DNA of 63,371 bases, the filler included, from Diploschistes diacapsis (lineage: Eukaryota), in the NCBI GenBank assembly GCA_023645945.1. It is 7 parts of 7 records of this genome, joined end to end, with 100 filler letters (N's around TTAATTAATTAA, not from the genome) between each part and the next. Parts side by side here need not be neighbours in the genome. Positions count along the whole stretch, not along the records: positions 1 to 5,762 come from JALAIB010001485.1; positions 5,863 to 11,622 come from JALAIB010001486.1; positions 11,723 to 17,471 come from JALAIB010001487.1; 4 more parts are not named here. The stretch is one strand, 5' to 3'. The stretch's first letter is position 1; the number at the start of each line of letters is the position of its first letter. Shown in pieces: positions 1 to 13,792 of the stretch. A program made the position numbers and the translations under genes. The notes under the pieces were generated by a model that made no database searches, was not told where the DNA came from, and saw only the letters and a program-made list of their open reading frames with translations.

Positions 1-114
1 GGTTAGTTGTATGGGGCGGAGCAATTGGGGGGAAATGGGTGATGGGCCGGAAGGAAGCGCGAAGGGCGAGGGGTAAAGGCGACGCAAGGAGAAAGACGGA
101 ATAAAAAAACTTAC

Positions 115-3100
115 GCTCCACCAAAACAGACGCCTCCGCCAGCAGCACCAGCAGTCCATCAACCGGCACAACCGCCGGATTCTCCGCATCGAAAAGCCCG
201 CCCTGGATGTTGTCCGCCGCGCTCGCCACGACCGTCATCAGCACCCTAGCCGCCCTCCTCTTCCTCTGCACCGTGCTCCCCCCCTCGCTCACACTATCCC
301 TCATATCGTAGTACTTGCGCACGGTGCCGTAGCCGCCCATGTGCCGCCCCAGTATCTCCGCGGCCTCCTTGTCCTCGGCGGCGAGCATGGCGAGGCTGTC
401 CCTTGGGCTCTCTAGCAGGACCTGCAGGTGTGGGTCGAGATCGGAGGCGGGCGGGTAGGCGGTGGATTGGACGAGACAAAACGAGATGAGGAGGTCGAGG
501 ACATCTTTTACTTTTTTGGGGAGGTGGGCACGGGCGAAGTAGACTAGGGCGGTGCCGTAGGCGTACGTGGTGGAGGCTGTGAGGGTGGCGTATTTCTGTC
601 GATGTCAGAGAGGGGCATGGATGTTGAGTAAATAAGTCAAGGGCGAGAAAAGGGACAGCTGAAGCGGAATAGTGGAGAGGAAAGACAAGGATATGGGAAA
701 GAAAGGGGAGAAAAGGGGGATGGAAATGGTAGTAAGAAAGAGAGGGGGAAAGAGAAAATGACAAGTGGGGGAACAGGAAAATAAAGAAGACAAAAGAGCA
801 TGACAAGAGCATACCTCAGCAACCATGCACGCCTCCCTCTGCAACCCATAATCCCGACAAATCCCAATTATCTTATCCGCCCTGCCATCCGTCTCCACCG
901 GCAAATCCTTCAAATACTCCGCCGTCCTCCTCTTCGCCAAGCTCCGATCGTCCAGCCGCGACAGCAAATCGAGCGAGACTTCCCACCCCTCCGCCACCTT
1001 CCCTGCGTGCCGCAACTCCCTCCGCTCGACCAGCGCGTCCGCATAGTCGAGCAGGACGGATGTCTTGGACAGCGGCTTCTCCGTCTCCGCGTAGCTGAGC
1101 ACCATCAGATCGCTCTCGTCGAAGCCGTCGCCCGGTGGCTGCACGTCGACAGACTCGTACCAGCCGGCTGCGACGCCGACCTCCATGATCGCTTCTGTGA
1201 TGGGGAGAGACCAGGTGCGGAGCAGGGCGAGGACGTCGGCGATGTTGCCCTCCAGTGCCGAGGCCAGCGCGACTTCCACCGCGTTGTTAGTCTCTACCTG
1301 CAGGGCGTCGTCTGCCGTGACCCTTTGAAAGGCGTGCATTAGTCTTCGCCGGTAAGCTGCTGCTGGATTGGCGTCGACAGCCCGCGCGGCACGGCTCTGC
1401 GATTTCCGGAACGAGTGGCGCCGCGACATCACGGACGCCCCTTCGTCACCAACTTCCTCCTCGTTACCGTCCCACCATATGGCCAGGGCAAAAGAGGCCT
1501 CCAGCCAGTCTTCGGCGAGCTGCAGCAACTCGTCCGCGCTACCCAGCAAGATTACGTAGAATTGCTTCAGGTTCTGGTACACTGTCCATGGGACTCGGCT
1601 TTGTGCCCTCCGAGCTGACTGGCTCAGGGTGGAGGCTGTGCTCCGAATGCCAAAGTTTTCTGCTTGGAACATGGAGCCACTTGAGTTCTGATTCTGGACT
1701 CCGCCTTCGGCAAAGACCATGAGATCTTCCAGCGCCGCCTCGACGCGCTTGCGAAAGAGCGCCCATTCGGCGCGCGCGACGTGCCAGTCCCCGTCCTTCA
1801 GTGCCGGACACGACTCCAGCACTAACACGACATTTCCAACAGCTCTGTTGATACTCTCCAGCTGCGCACCTCGATACCCTCTTGTCGGCATCCCATCTTC
1901 CTTGGCGGTCGCGGCGTACTCAAAATCGCAAGCCTGGAAGATTTGCAGAGCGTCTCGAAGCTGGCCGCGGAGTGTCGCGTTGAACACGAGATCCCAAAAG
2001 CTGGCATGGGCCGTTGGATCAGGTTTGTACCCTTTCAACGCCGACACCGCTGTCCTGTACGGATTGTGGAATGCATCTAGCCAGTCTACCAACACTTTTG
2101 GGAATGCATCTTCTCTCGAAATGCTGGGTGCGACGCTGCTGGCGAACGATCTTCTCGCAAGCTCGCTTCCAACTGGTTGTCTCCCCTTTGTGTGCGGCGG
2201 GTGGTGGAGTTTCAGCAGTAGTGTAGCAACAAACGCCGCCTTCTCCAGAGCAGGAGCGTCCTCGTCTGGCCCGATACTATCCGTATAGTCCGTAGTATAC
2301 CCACTGTGACCCGACTCTTCGTAGCAACACGACTGCCAGACTTTCGAAAGGGCTTCGGGAACGACCTCTAGCGCTGCAGCGAGAGTCCTCTCGTCGAGCC
2401 CACTACGTAGTTTATTGAGCTGCGCCTCTGTGTCGAGAATCAAGCTGTCCGGTTCCGTCAAGCCCGCGGGGCCTACTTGCTTCGCCAGATCCAGAGCAGC
2501 AGCAGGCAAATGCGATTCCCTTGTCCGTGCGGTCGGAGTGCTCGCTGGACCGAGCAGAGACCCTCTATGAGAATATTGATAGTCCACGCGAGGTCGTTTT
2601 GTCCCTCTCGGAGTCGATCCAGGGAACGAGTCTTTGTGCGCCGTCCAGTCATACGGTACTGACGAGCCGAAATCGCTTGGCGCCTTGGACGATCTGCCGT
2701 GGCCGCTGCCCGAGTCTACGTCCATGTCGTTTTCCTGTTCCTCGTCGCCTTCGTCCTCGCCGTCCGCATCGTGCTCGTCATCACCATCTATCTTATCTCC
2801 TTCCTGCATCTCATCGCGTTGAGTGGTTTGTGTCAGGTCATTGAGCGGGACTTTGGGGGTGTGGAATTTGGTCGGTGGAAAGTGGGATGAAGTTGTCCTT
2901 CCATTCGTAGGATTGGCAGGTCTTGACGATTGCTCTAGGGATTTGCTGCTGAAGAGCGATTTTCCTGTTCCAAGCTGCGAGCTGCCGAAGAGTGTCGGGG
3001 GAGGTGCGCCAGCGGGCGTGAAGGATCTCGAGGACGAGGGAGGAGGGCCGGCGGGCGTGGTCGAGGGATTGTCGGCGAAGTTGAAAGACGGCTTCGAGGA

Positions 3101-3163
3101 CCTTTCGTTGCCGGGTGTCGAGGGAGGACTGGAGCTGTAGGGGACGGTAAATGTGCTGGGCAT
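115..3163 (-). CDS. NUP85: Nuclear pore complex subunit Nup85, 3' end runs off the window
   Basis: Low-complexity N-terminus (PSTTPAGPPP), then the Nup85-like core 'LVDWLDAFHNP..PDPTAHASFWDLVFNATLRG', 'AEDWLEASFALAIWWDG'. Exons 3163-815 and 595-115; GT..AG intron 814-596; next donor at 114. Confidence 0.85.
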
Positions 3164-3868
3164 CTTGAAGAAAGATGTACGCCTATGGGAGCGATTGGTA
3201 GGCTAGAGGTTGTTCCTCTCAGACATTGCTGGAAATGTGCGCCAGAGTAGCTTGTGCGTAAACATTAATTGGTGATGCGGAACGTGCCGCCAGTTGTTGT
3301 TTTCCTTTTACCGGAAGAAGCTCAAGTACGTGAGAAAGAAATATGGACGGATGATCAATATTCCGGTGTAGTTTTACAGAAAGCTCCTTTTCAAGGTCAG
3401 TGATTCGTTATGCAGTCAAATATCGATGGGAGTGTTTTGCATTCAACTCTGCGTAGGTATTCTTAAAAACATATATGTAGGGTAAAGACCCCAACCACAT
3501 CCCGACTAGATCAAAGCGCCAAACGGGGACTCCTAGCAATAGGACGATTTACTACAGCGCCCGTTGACAAACAGGATGATTAGATTATGGGAAAGAAACC
3601 TTCACATTACTCATTGACTGGGCAGAGATGTAAAACACCAGTACTGCAAGCCATCTTCGAATGCGTCCCACACAAAGCTAGTAACCAGATTCTCTGCCCT
3701 AATCCAAAGCCCCGATCCAGGCGCCTCGCCTCTGCGTTCCCTCTCCCTCCATATCTGACTCCCTCGCGGCCTGCCGTGACCGAGGCCTACGCGCACACCG
3801 GCTCTCCGCTTCCCGCTGCAGTAACCCTTGTCAAGCAGCCAGACCGACACAAAATTAGGCTCCGATCC

Positions 3869-5668
<1,800 letters not shown>

Positions 5669-5762
5669 TTAGCCGTCGGGGTATGGTGAGATGAAAAGGT
5701 AGGGATGAAGAGATGGGGAGAATGAAAGCAGGGGAGGAGGACGGGAAGGGAAGGGGGGTGAG

Positions 5763-5862
5763 NNNNNNNNNNNNNNNNNNNNNNNNNNNNNNNNNNNNNN
5801 NNNNNNTTAATTAATTAANNNNNNNNNNNNNNNNNNNNNNNNNNNNNNNNNNNNNNNNNNNN
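5763..5862. other. Artificial contig linker
   Basis: 44 N + TTAATTAATTAA (stops in six frames) + 44 N. Confidence 0.98.
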
Positions 5863-6560
5863 AATTATCATATTAATTTTTATTTTCGTTTGATTACCAG
5901 TATCTTACGGAATAATCCCGTTATTTATACTTAACGTAATACTCACCGAAATAATTAATTAAACGACGATATTTCGAGAAAAACGTAAAATCACGCTAAT
6001 AATATTCGATATATCGTACGCGACGCGTACGACCGCGGAATTAAATAAAGATCGCGTTTGCGTACGAAATTCGATACGATTTAATTTATTCAAATATAAT
6101 ACGTCTTCGTACGAAAATAATATTAATATCGAACAAAACACGAACCGCACGTTACGTCACGTTATAAACGAATTCGCCAACTATTATCTTCCGACGACAA
6201 GCTAATCGTACGAACTTTTTCTTCCTTTTTCTCCTATTACATCTCCTTTTCTTATTATTACCACATCGCCGCCGTCGCCGGGGGGAATTAAAGATATTAT
6301 CGCTTTATAAACATATTAACTTCGTACGTAGTAACGAAATAAACTTATATTATAAAGAAATGTCCGAACGAATTAAAAAGAGGCCGAAGAACGGCCGCGC
6401 AGGGGTGAGAATGGGGTAATATAATTAAAAAGATTTTATTTCGTACAATAATTTTATGTGTGGTTATGAGGCTCAAAAGCTCGCTTAAAACTATCTTGCG
6501 CATCTACATTATAATGAATAACCCGCTTCGTGGTGTGACCCGTTTCCTGGTCAAACACGT
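5863..6560. mobile_element. RIP-degraded DNA transposon relic with a pogo/Fot1-like terminus
   Basis: Very AT-rich with no credible ORF. The minus strand at 6562 reads TA|ACGTGTTTGACCAGGAAACGGGTCACACCACGAAGCGGGT: a TA target, an ACGT start and an internal direct repeat (CCA.GAA.CGGGT), as in Fot1-family TIRs. Confidence 0.5.
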
Positions 6561-6954
6561 TACATGTAAAAGGTATCTCGACGTGTTTAGTGCTCTACCC
6601 TCTGCTGCATGTTTACTAATGTGAAGTGGACCAAATGCTAGCACCGCCATAGATCTTTAAATCGCAATAAGATTGAACCCACCTATTGACATAGTAGTTA
6701 ATTCAGTCGGCAGCACATGCATGTCAAGTGAAGCACCAAGCTGCTAAAGAAGCGCTATTATTTCGAGTGAGTTATAATACATATGTATACCGCCGCTTTA
6801 TCCTAGCTGCATGCTATCAGAGCCTCTGCGACGCTCACAATGTCGAATTGCCTGCCCGCGATCTGGGCGAGAAGCTAACGTCAAAGGTCAAGAGCACTCT
6901 GCTGGACCACAATACCTCCGCTCCCAGCATCTGCCGAGATTCTAGTCATTCTAG

Positions 6955-9900
6955 ATGGCTCAATTTCTTCGAGGTAAACAAGCTGGGGTTCACACCGACC
7001 TATCTGCCGGCCTGAAACCGGAGTTGTTTTTCCTTGATATAGTACCAATCTCACCACCAGATCTTCATCTTTTGATCTTGACGTTCCTGTAGGTTGCTCG
7101 TTACGGAATAAACTCTCAAATCTCAGCTTTGGCTTATGACCCTGTTCAATCATTGCTAGCAGCTGGAACGAATGACTCTCAATTTGGGCGAGGTCAAATC
7201 TATGTTTTTGGACAGAGTAGGGTCGAGTTGACGTTGTCACTGCCGAGACAGTCATCAATCAAGGGCCTACAGTTCTGCGCTCGTCGCCTGATAGCCGTTG
7301 ACTCTAAAAATGATATCTCCATCTTCGACCTGCAGAGTCAGAAATTGGAGGCTTCGTATTCGCCTCCCGGCAGAATTATGTCAATTGCTAGTGACTCAAC
7401 ATTGGATTACATATTCGTGGGACTTCAGAATGGTATGAAAGGTTTAATCTGCGTTTCAAAGATTCCGCTGATTAACGTTCCGCAGGCGAGGTCATGGCTT
7501 ATGACATGGATGGGCAAAAGCCGGCTCAGCTTCGAATACCATGTCTTTGTCGTGATTTCAACCCTAGAGCAAACATGGTTCCCGTTGTCTCCGTGAATAT
7601 TCATCCCCGAGACATTGGCACTATGCTAATTGCCTATGCGGATGGTGTGGCTGTCTATTCCTTCAAGCAGAACAAGGCCGTTACCTTCCTACAATACCAA
7701 CTGCCGTCAGGTGCACCTGGAGGTTTCTCTGATCCCTCGTTAGCAAAAGGGACAAGGTGTCCGAAAGTGGTGCAAGCTACTTGGCATCCCTCCGGAATGT
7801 TCATACTTACGGGACACGATGACGGAAGCCTAGTCATTTGGGATCCGAAAACAGGTAGCATTGTTCAAGCCATGACGCTTCATGCTACCAACGTGAACAA
7901 GCCTGAAGCTACTCCCAAGGCTTCTGGGTTCACCGCGGAGAAACTTGCTCTCAAAGCCCCACTGACTCGCGTGGCTTGGTGTTGCAAAAAGAACCCAGAC
8001 GATACCGCACTTGTCGTCGCCGGTGGTCTACCTACTGATGGGTTGGAGAAGGGTCTCACGTTCATCGAACTCGGGCCAACACCTACCTATCAAACATCCA
8101 CCTGGCAAGCGCTGTCGGATCATTTCGAAAATCCCAAAGGTCGACATCTACTCAGAATACCGACCAATACAGACATCGTCGACTTTTGCCTTATTCCACG
8201 CTCATCTCCCCACCACGCTGGTTGCTGCGATCCTGTTGCTGTAATCGCTATACTCAGCTCAGGTGAGCTCGCAATCCTAAGCATACCGTCCGGCTACCCG
8301 ATAAGTGTGACGAACCAATTACATCCATCGCTTGCTTTCATATGTCCTTTTGTCAGTAAAATATCCCTAGCGTCTATTGGACGCATAAAATGGCTAAGCA
8401 TGACCGAGAAGCGTTCGAGAGGGCCTGCCCTGGTGAGAGGCGGTGCTGGCTCAACGCAATCACTTATGCGTTTCGAGGATCGCCACATCTTACAGACAGC
8501 TCATGTGGATGGTACTGTTCGTATGTGGGATGTTGGCCGTGGTGACAAGATCGAAAATGAAGAGATGCTCCAAGTTGATGTCGCTCGAGCATCATCCAGA
8601 GTCGGACCTGTCTGCGTAACCGATATGTCCTTAAGTAGCTCAACCGGTGAATTTTCTGTCGGCCTAGACACTGGGGAAGTCTTGATATTCAGATGGGGAC
8701 GTAATCAGAATTTTAGTCGCGAGGTTTCTGTATCTCACGGAATTGAAGCACATGGACTTATGAACATCGCGGCTTCTGCTGACCCCGACCTAAAAGAGGG
8801 TCTTTTACCCTTGACCATGTTATCGAGGACGGGTTCCGCTGTAACAGCAATACGAACTTCAGACATTGGTTTTGTTGCAGTGGGACATCAAAATGGCAGT
8901 TTTTCCGTCGTGGATCTTCGGGGCCCTGCCTTGATTTATGAAGCTCAGCTGGCGCAGTTCACAGACTCCTCAAAGAGAACCAGCATTAGGAGAAATAGTA
9001 AAAATCAAGATCATACGACGGAAGAGTGGCCAACAGTGATCGAATTTGCGGTTATGAGTTTAGAAGGGGAAGGTATGTCCCATGCAGTGTGCATCCCCAT
9101 TTATTTCTAAAGACGAGTAGGATATTCGAGCATTATCTTGTTGGTAGGAACGAATAGTGGACGACTATATACATTTAAAGTTTTGCCGAATCCGCAGGGG
9201 ACTTTCTCCATCCAGCTGGCTGGTTCAACTTTACTAAATGACAAAATTATTGCGATCTCGCCTTTAGATGCTGACACGGGGAGGCCTGCTACAGCAAGTC
9301 AGTCGGCGGTCTCGGCTTTACGCGACGGTAATCGAATCAATGGAGTAGTGGTAGCTGTTACTGTGACTGGAGTACGTGTATTCAAGCCTGCTTTAGCGAA
9401 AGGTGCCAGCAAAGCGTGGAATGACTTCTTCTGCGATGCGGCCGCATTGGTATCGAATTTCGATAATGCTACAGCTCTCGTGGCTCTTTTCGGGGATGGC
9501 TATGCTCGCACATATTCAGTCCCAGCTCTCAAGGAGCTCGCTGCAATCAAAGTCAGCAACCTCTTGGATGTACGAAGGTTCCCAGAAGCCATCATTGCCC
9601 CCACCGGAGAAATCTTTGGGTGGTCGGGACCGTCCGAGATCATAGTCCTGAACCCATGGGGTGCAGGTCAAGATAAGTCAGTGAAGTAAAAGAGGCGTGT
9701 TCTAGACTGGCTAACCCAGAGGGCAGAACGATTTCAGATGATCAACTTGTCAATCCTGATCTGCTAATACCACCAAGGCCAACCATATCCAATATGCAGT
9801 GGATATCTGGTACACAGTACTTTACTGCTGCTCATTTGGATGAGCTTGGTAAGCCGGAGCATTGAGCAAGACGAATGTGCCAACTAACCTCTCACTGCGT

Positions 9901-10323
9901 AGTGGGTGGACCTGGACGGCGAACCTCCAAGCGCATGCTCGAACAAATGCAGGCTGACGATCGCCAACGGCGGGAAGCAACGAAGGCGACTGCCGCAACC
10001 TCAAACGCACCCGGCCAAGAGGATGAAGGGTACTGGTCTTCTATGCAACGTTCGGTCCAGGAGAGGTACATATCCCAATACACCGAATACACTTGATCGC
10101 AATCCCAAAGCTGAAATTTAACGTCCAGAACCGAGAGACTCAACATTATGGGTGACTCAATGGACAGACTCGAAGAAGCGAGCGCCGGTTGGGCCGATGA
10201 CGTTAGTAAATTTGTCAACGACCAGAAGAAGAAGGCTGTAATGGGTGGTAAGTACTCTTCATTCGTCGTGTTTAGTATAAGACTGAGATGAGCAAAGTTA
10301 TCAGTAGCAAGTTTGGTTTTTGA
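6955..10323 (+). CDS. SRO7: Sro7/Sro77 (Lgl/tomosyn-like) WD40 SNARE-dependent exocytosis protein
   Basis: ATG 6955 'MAQFLRGKQAG', intron 7042-7092, then 'VARYGINSQISALAYDPVQSLLA', a WD40 body, the Lgl_C region 'IPPRPTISNMQWISGTQY' and the C-terminal coil 'ERTERLNIMGDSMDRLEEASAGWADDVSKFV'. Several short introns; stop TGA at 10321-10323. Confidence 0.9.
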
Positions 10324-10474
10324 ATACAATAAAATGTCAGCCTAGGTTGCCTACCAAGTTCCTAAGCGAAGCTGAAAAAGTAAACCAAAATGTTTTTTAA
10401 AAAAAACTGGGTAAGTTAGTGTGATTTACATCCCATTCCCCTGCTTTGTTACAAATTTAGGGTTGTTGCATCTA

Positions 10475-11622
10475 GAGTCGTGACCCTAGTACCCGAGCAG
10501 ACCCTAGTTACCGAGCACATGATACAATAACAAAACTACAATAATAAATATTTAAAATGAAATATCTCCCAAAATGATTAATTTGAAGCCCTGTAGATCG
10601 AATAGTAGCTATAACTAACCCTGTAGATTCATCTTATTATGTCTGATCGCCAGCGTCGTCGACGCTGGCGACAGGAAGCCTCCCCAAGATAACCAGCCTT
10701 CCTTTCGGGACCATCTTCTTATTCTTATACATTCCAGCAGCCTGAAGCACTGCCAGCCTCTTCTTCCTAGCCTACTTCTGCCTCTCCTACCTATCAACCT
10801 CGTAGAATGCTTATTCTTTCGCTTAACGCGCGTCAACAGTTTTTATAAAGGTTAAAAACTTACCTCCTATAATCACGATAATGCGTTTACGTTTCTAACG
10901 ATATATCGAGGCCTTCTTAAACCTCTTATTCTTTATCGCCAGAAGCATAACCTCCGTAAAAACCTTCTTAACCGTTTTAACCATTTTAAAGAAGCTTCGG
11001 GGCATTTTAAACTCTTATCGAAAGTTTAAAATCGAATTCTTTAAAAGATTCACCTCTTAAAGAGTTCGAGGCGTCGCAGATAAGATATAACGAGCTTCAA
11101 AAACGTTAAAAGGATCGTCGACGACGCCGAAAATCTTAAAAATCGGTTTAAAAAGATCGAAGAATTCGATATTGACGTTCTTCTACGCGGCGCGAGCGTT
11201 TTTAATAATATAAATATTTATTCGAGCGTTAATAAGAATCATAAAAAAAATATTTATTAATATAAATAACGTTATATTATAATAACGTCCCGACTCGCTC
11301 CTTATAGATATACGTAAATAAATTAAATAGGTTAATATTTAGAAATTAAAAGACGTAAGAAATATATATTAATAAATATACCGCCAAAATCCTTCTATTC
11401 GTTATTTAATTTAGAAACGATAACGAAAAATAACTCTCGTAATCGTCCATAAATAAGATTTTTTAGGTTTACGACGAACGTAATTTAAAAACGTTTTCAG
11501 AATCGAAAATCTATTATATCTATTATAAATAAAACGGAATAATATTATATCTATTAAAAAATATATAGATCTTTATATCTATAAAATTATTAATAAATCT
11601 ATAAATATTAAAACGTAAATTT
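10475..11622 (-). mobile_element. Fot1/pogo (DDE_1) DNA transposon, 3' half, RIP-inactivated
   Basis: TA at 10473-10474 is followed by the TIR-like GAGTCGTGACCCTAGTACCCGAGCAGACCCTAGTTACCGAGCAC, which has an internal repeat. The minus strand near 11460-11310 reads ILFMDDYESY...SYVF*FLN, which reverts by C>T/G>A changes alone to DGHGSH...SHVLQPLD. Downstream 'AA*KNVNIEFFDL' matches AW...GI.P.DP. Confidence 0.85.
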
Positions 11623-11722
11623 NNNNNNNNNNNNNNNNNNNNNNNNNNNNNNNNNNNNNNNNNNNNTTAATTAATTAANNNNNNNNNNNNNNNNNNNNNN
11701 NNNNNNNNNNNNNNNNNNNNNN
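11623..11722. other. Artificial contig linker
   Basis: 44 N + TTAATTAATTAA + 44 N. Confidence 0.98.
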
Positions 11723-12134
11723 GGGCAGGGGTGGCAGGGGCGGTAGAGGGAGGGGCAGAGGAGATGGTGCTCTCGGGTTTGAAGTGCCGCGGAAGATCGA
11801 GGTGCCGCCGTCGAGGCTCACGGAGGAGGACTTCCCCGCGCTGCAAGCCGGTACGAGTGCGAGGCCGCAGCAGCCGAACAAGGCAGTAGCCGTGGACGGT
11901 GGGCTTAAGAGTCCGGATGTGGATAGGGGCACCTGGGCCGACCAGGTGGAGGCTGGGCAGGAGCAGCAAGTTACGTAAGAGGATTGGGGATAGAGGAGGA
12001 GGGGGCGTTTGAGGCTTCTCATGAGGTCAAGGGTCCTTTAAAAAACCTAATAGCTTTGTAGATAATGTTTGCTTAAAAACAGTACTCGGCTCCTGCGGCA
12101 TAGCTTGTATGAGAACTTGATAATACCACACTAC
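11723..12134 (+). mobile_element. Possible 3' end of a non-LTR retroelement derivative, or of an unknown gene
   Basis: Partial ORF ending 'EEDFPAL...TWADQVE..' (stop 11978), reminiscent of gag/ORF1-like tails. It is followed by a purine-rich UTR and 'GATAATACCACAC', which resembles fungal LINE 3' ends. No RT sequence is visible. Confidence 0.25.
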
Positions 12135-12375
12135 GTCACGTGGCGACTTGAAGGTGCTGGGATGGGTGCACATTGAATCAGTTCTGTAATGCTGCAAAAG
12201 GGCAGCATGATAAGAAGAGCCCAGACTGTGGCGTTTCTACCTCACTCAAAAGATAGCGGTGTCTGGGTTAAAACGGTTGTAATGCGTACCTTGTATATTA
12301 TTACCCAAGAACAATTCAAACTTCAGACTACCGCCCCCTGTACCCTCTTCCTTCCCCAGCTGCACTGAGACTGAT

Positions 12376-13197
12376 CTATGGTCTCAATTCTGCCCGGCTA
12401 GTAACGATCAGCTCGTTCGATTCATCGCCCAGCTCCGGCGGCGACGATACAACTTCAGACTCAACAGCATCTGTCGGGCTCCCCGGTGGAGGGCCAATGG
12501 GGCCGCCGGCTGGATCGCTCAAACTATACTGAGGTGGCGCTTCGTTTTCACGAATCAAGCAGTAAATGATGTAGCCTGCGACATCGGGCATAACGGAAAA
12601 GAACTGGTGGTTGACTCCGACGGCCTCATCGGGGTTTTTCTTGAGGTATCGCAGCAGCTTGTCTGCCCATGCCTCCCGTATGGGCCCGTTGGTTATGAGC
12701 GTTCTCCCAAGGGTTCCATTTCCGTAGAGACAGTCGAAGCCTTCCGGTATTAGCTCAGCCACCACTCCGGCCAGGCGCTGAACCCACGGATTTCTATTCT
12801 CGACCCCAAGGATGTACCGAGCTGTCAGGTAAAGCGAATACGCTCCAGGCCATTCCCAATCGGGAGGACTGACACTGGTAACAAAGTCGGCTATCTCGGA
12901 GACAGTGCCGTCAAAACCCCAGATATCTGTTAAGAGAAGCATCACCTCAAAAGTATCAGCCGTTACCCCCGTTTTGAAATGAAGTATGGATGCTCGCAGC
13001 GAATCTTCATTAATCTTCTTACCATCCTTCTCAAGTTTGCACCGCAGATGGATCCTCAACGGAACATACAAAGGGTTCCGAGGGCCGAGAAATAAGGTTT
13101 TCAGCTGGTTATGGCCAGTCGGAACTTGTACCGCCAGCCGCTCACGCCTGGAAGATGAGGACGAAGAGGATGACGACGAAGATGACGAGAAGGACAT
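12376..13197 (-). CDS. Hypothetical protein (about 273 aa), possibly a divergent BTB/POZ-like fold
   Basis: Uninterrupted ORF from ATG 13197 with poly-Ser, a globular core ('TFEVML..','SLYLTARYILGV') and a Pro/acidic tail. The fold is a weak guess. Confidence 0.5.
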   Translation of the reverse strand: MSFSSSSSSSSSSSSSRRERLAVQVPTGHNQLKTLFLGPRNPLYVPLRIHLRCKLEKDGKKINEDSLRASILHFKTGVTADTFEVMLLLTDIWGFDGTVSEIADFVTSVSPPDWEWPGAYSLYLTARYILGVENRNPWVQRLAGVVAELIPEGFDCLYGNGTLGRTLITNGPIREAWADKLLRYLKKNPDEAVGVNHQFFSVMPDVAGYIIYCLIRENEAPPQYSLSDPAGGPIGPPPGSPTDAVESEVVSSPPELGDESNELIVTSRAELRP

Positions 13198-13792
13198 CGA
13201 AGACCTAGTATATTTTGTTGCAGGACAGTAGGTGAGTGATGATGCTATGTGGATGCGACTCTGGGCCATACATATACGAAAACATGTAACAAAGAGCTTG
13301 GAAAGACATTGTTTTAGTAACAAAGATGGTTCTACAGCATGTTCCTTGAGATAGATAGGTCCATTCCGTTGTCTAACAATGGCATTGGAGACCAAGGTTT
13401 GTTGCAGTGACTTCGATGGCTCTCGAAGCCCATCGGAATTGATGAATCTTTGTATTCTAATATCTCTGGCAGATGAAATGATACTCCCTAAACTAAAAAC
13501 GAGTTTATTAAAAGCAGAGAATAAGGGGGTAAGTTCTTACTATAAAGATCATCCCCTGTCGTTTCGTTTTTCCCCGGCGGAGTGGAAAGTTTTGCCAAGA
13601 AGACCGAACAGCTTGCTAATGTGCCTGTCACGTGCAGATCTATTACACGAGATCTTACTCAACATCTTACACAAGATCTTTTCAATAGACCTTATAGTCT
13701 TTTATTTTGTAGTGATACACGAACAGAGCTCCTTAAAGGTAGACTAGGGTGATATTATTGTATCTCTTCTTGACTTATAGATAGGAAAGGTT

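Noticed and set aside
5807..5818. TTAATTAATTAA recurring about every 5.85 kb, which looks like a periodic element
   Set aside because: It is always centred in 44+44 N and is an assembly linker. The periodicity reflects contigs ranked by size.
12105..12130. TPP riboswitch-like words (TGAGA, GAACTTGAT, AATACCA)
   Set aside because: The motifs overlap without the required stems and spacing, and no thiamine gene is nearby.
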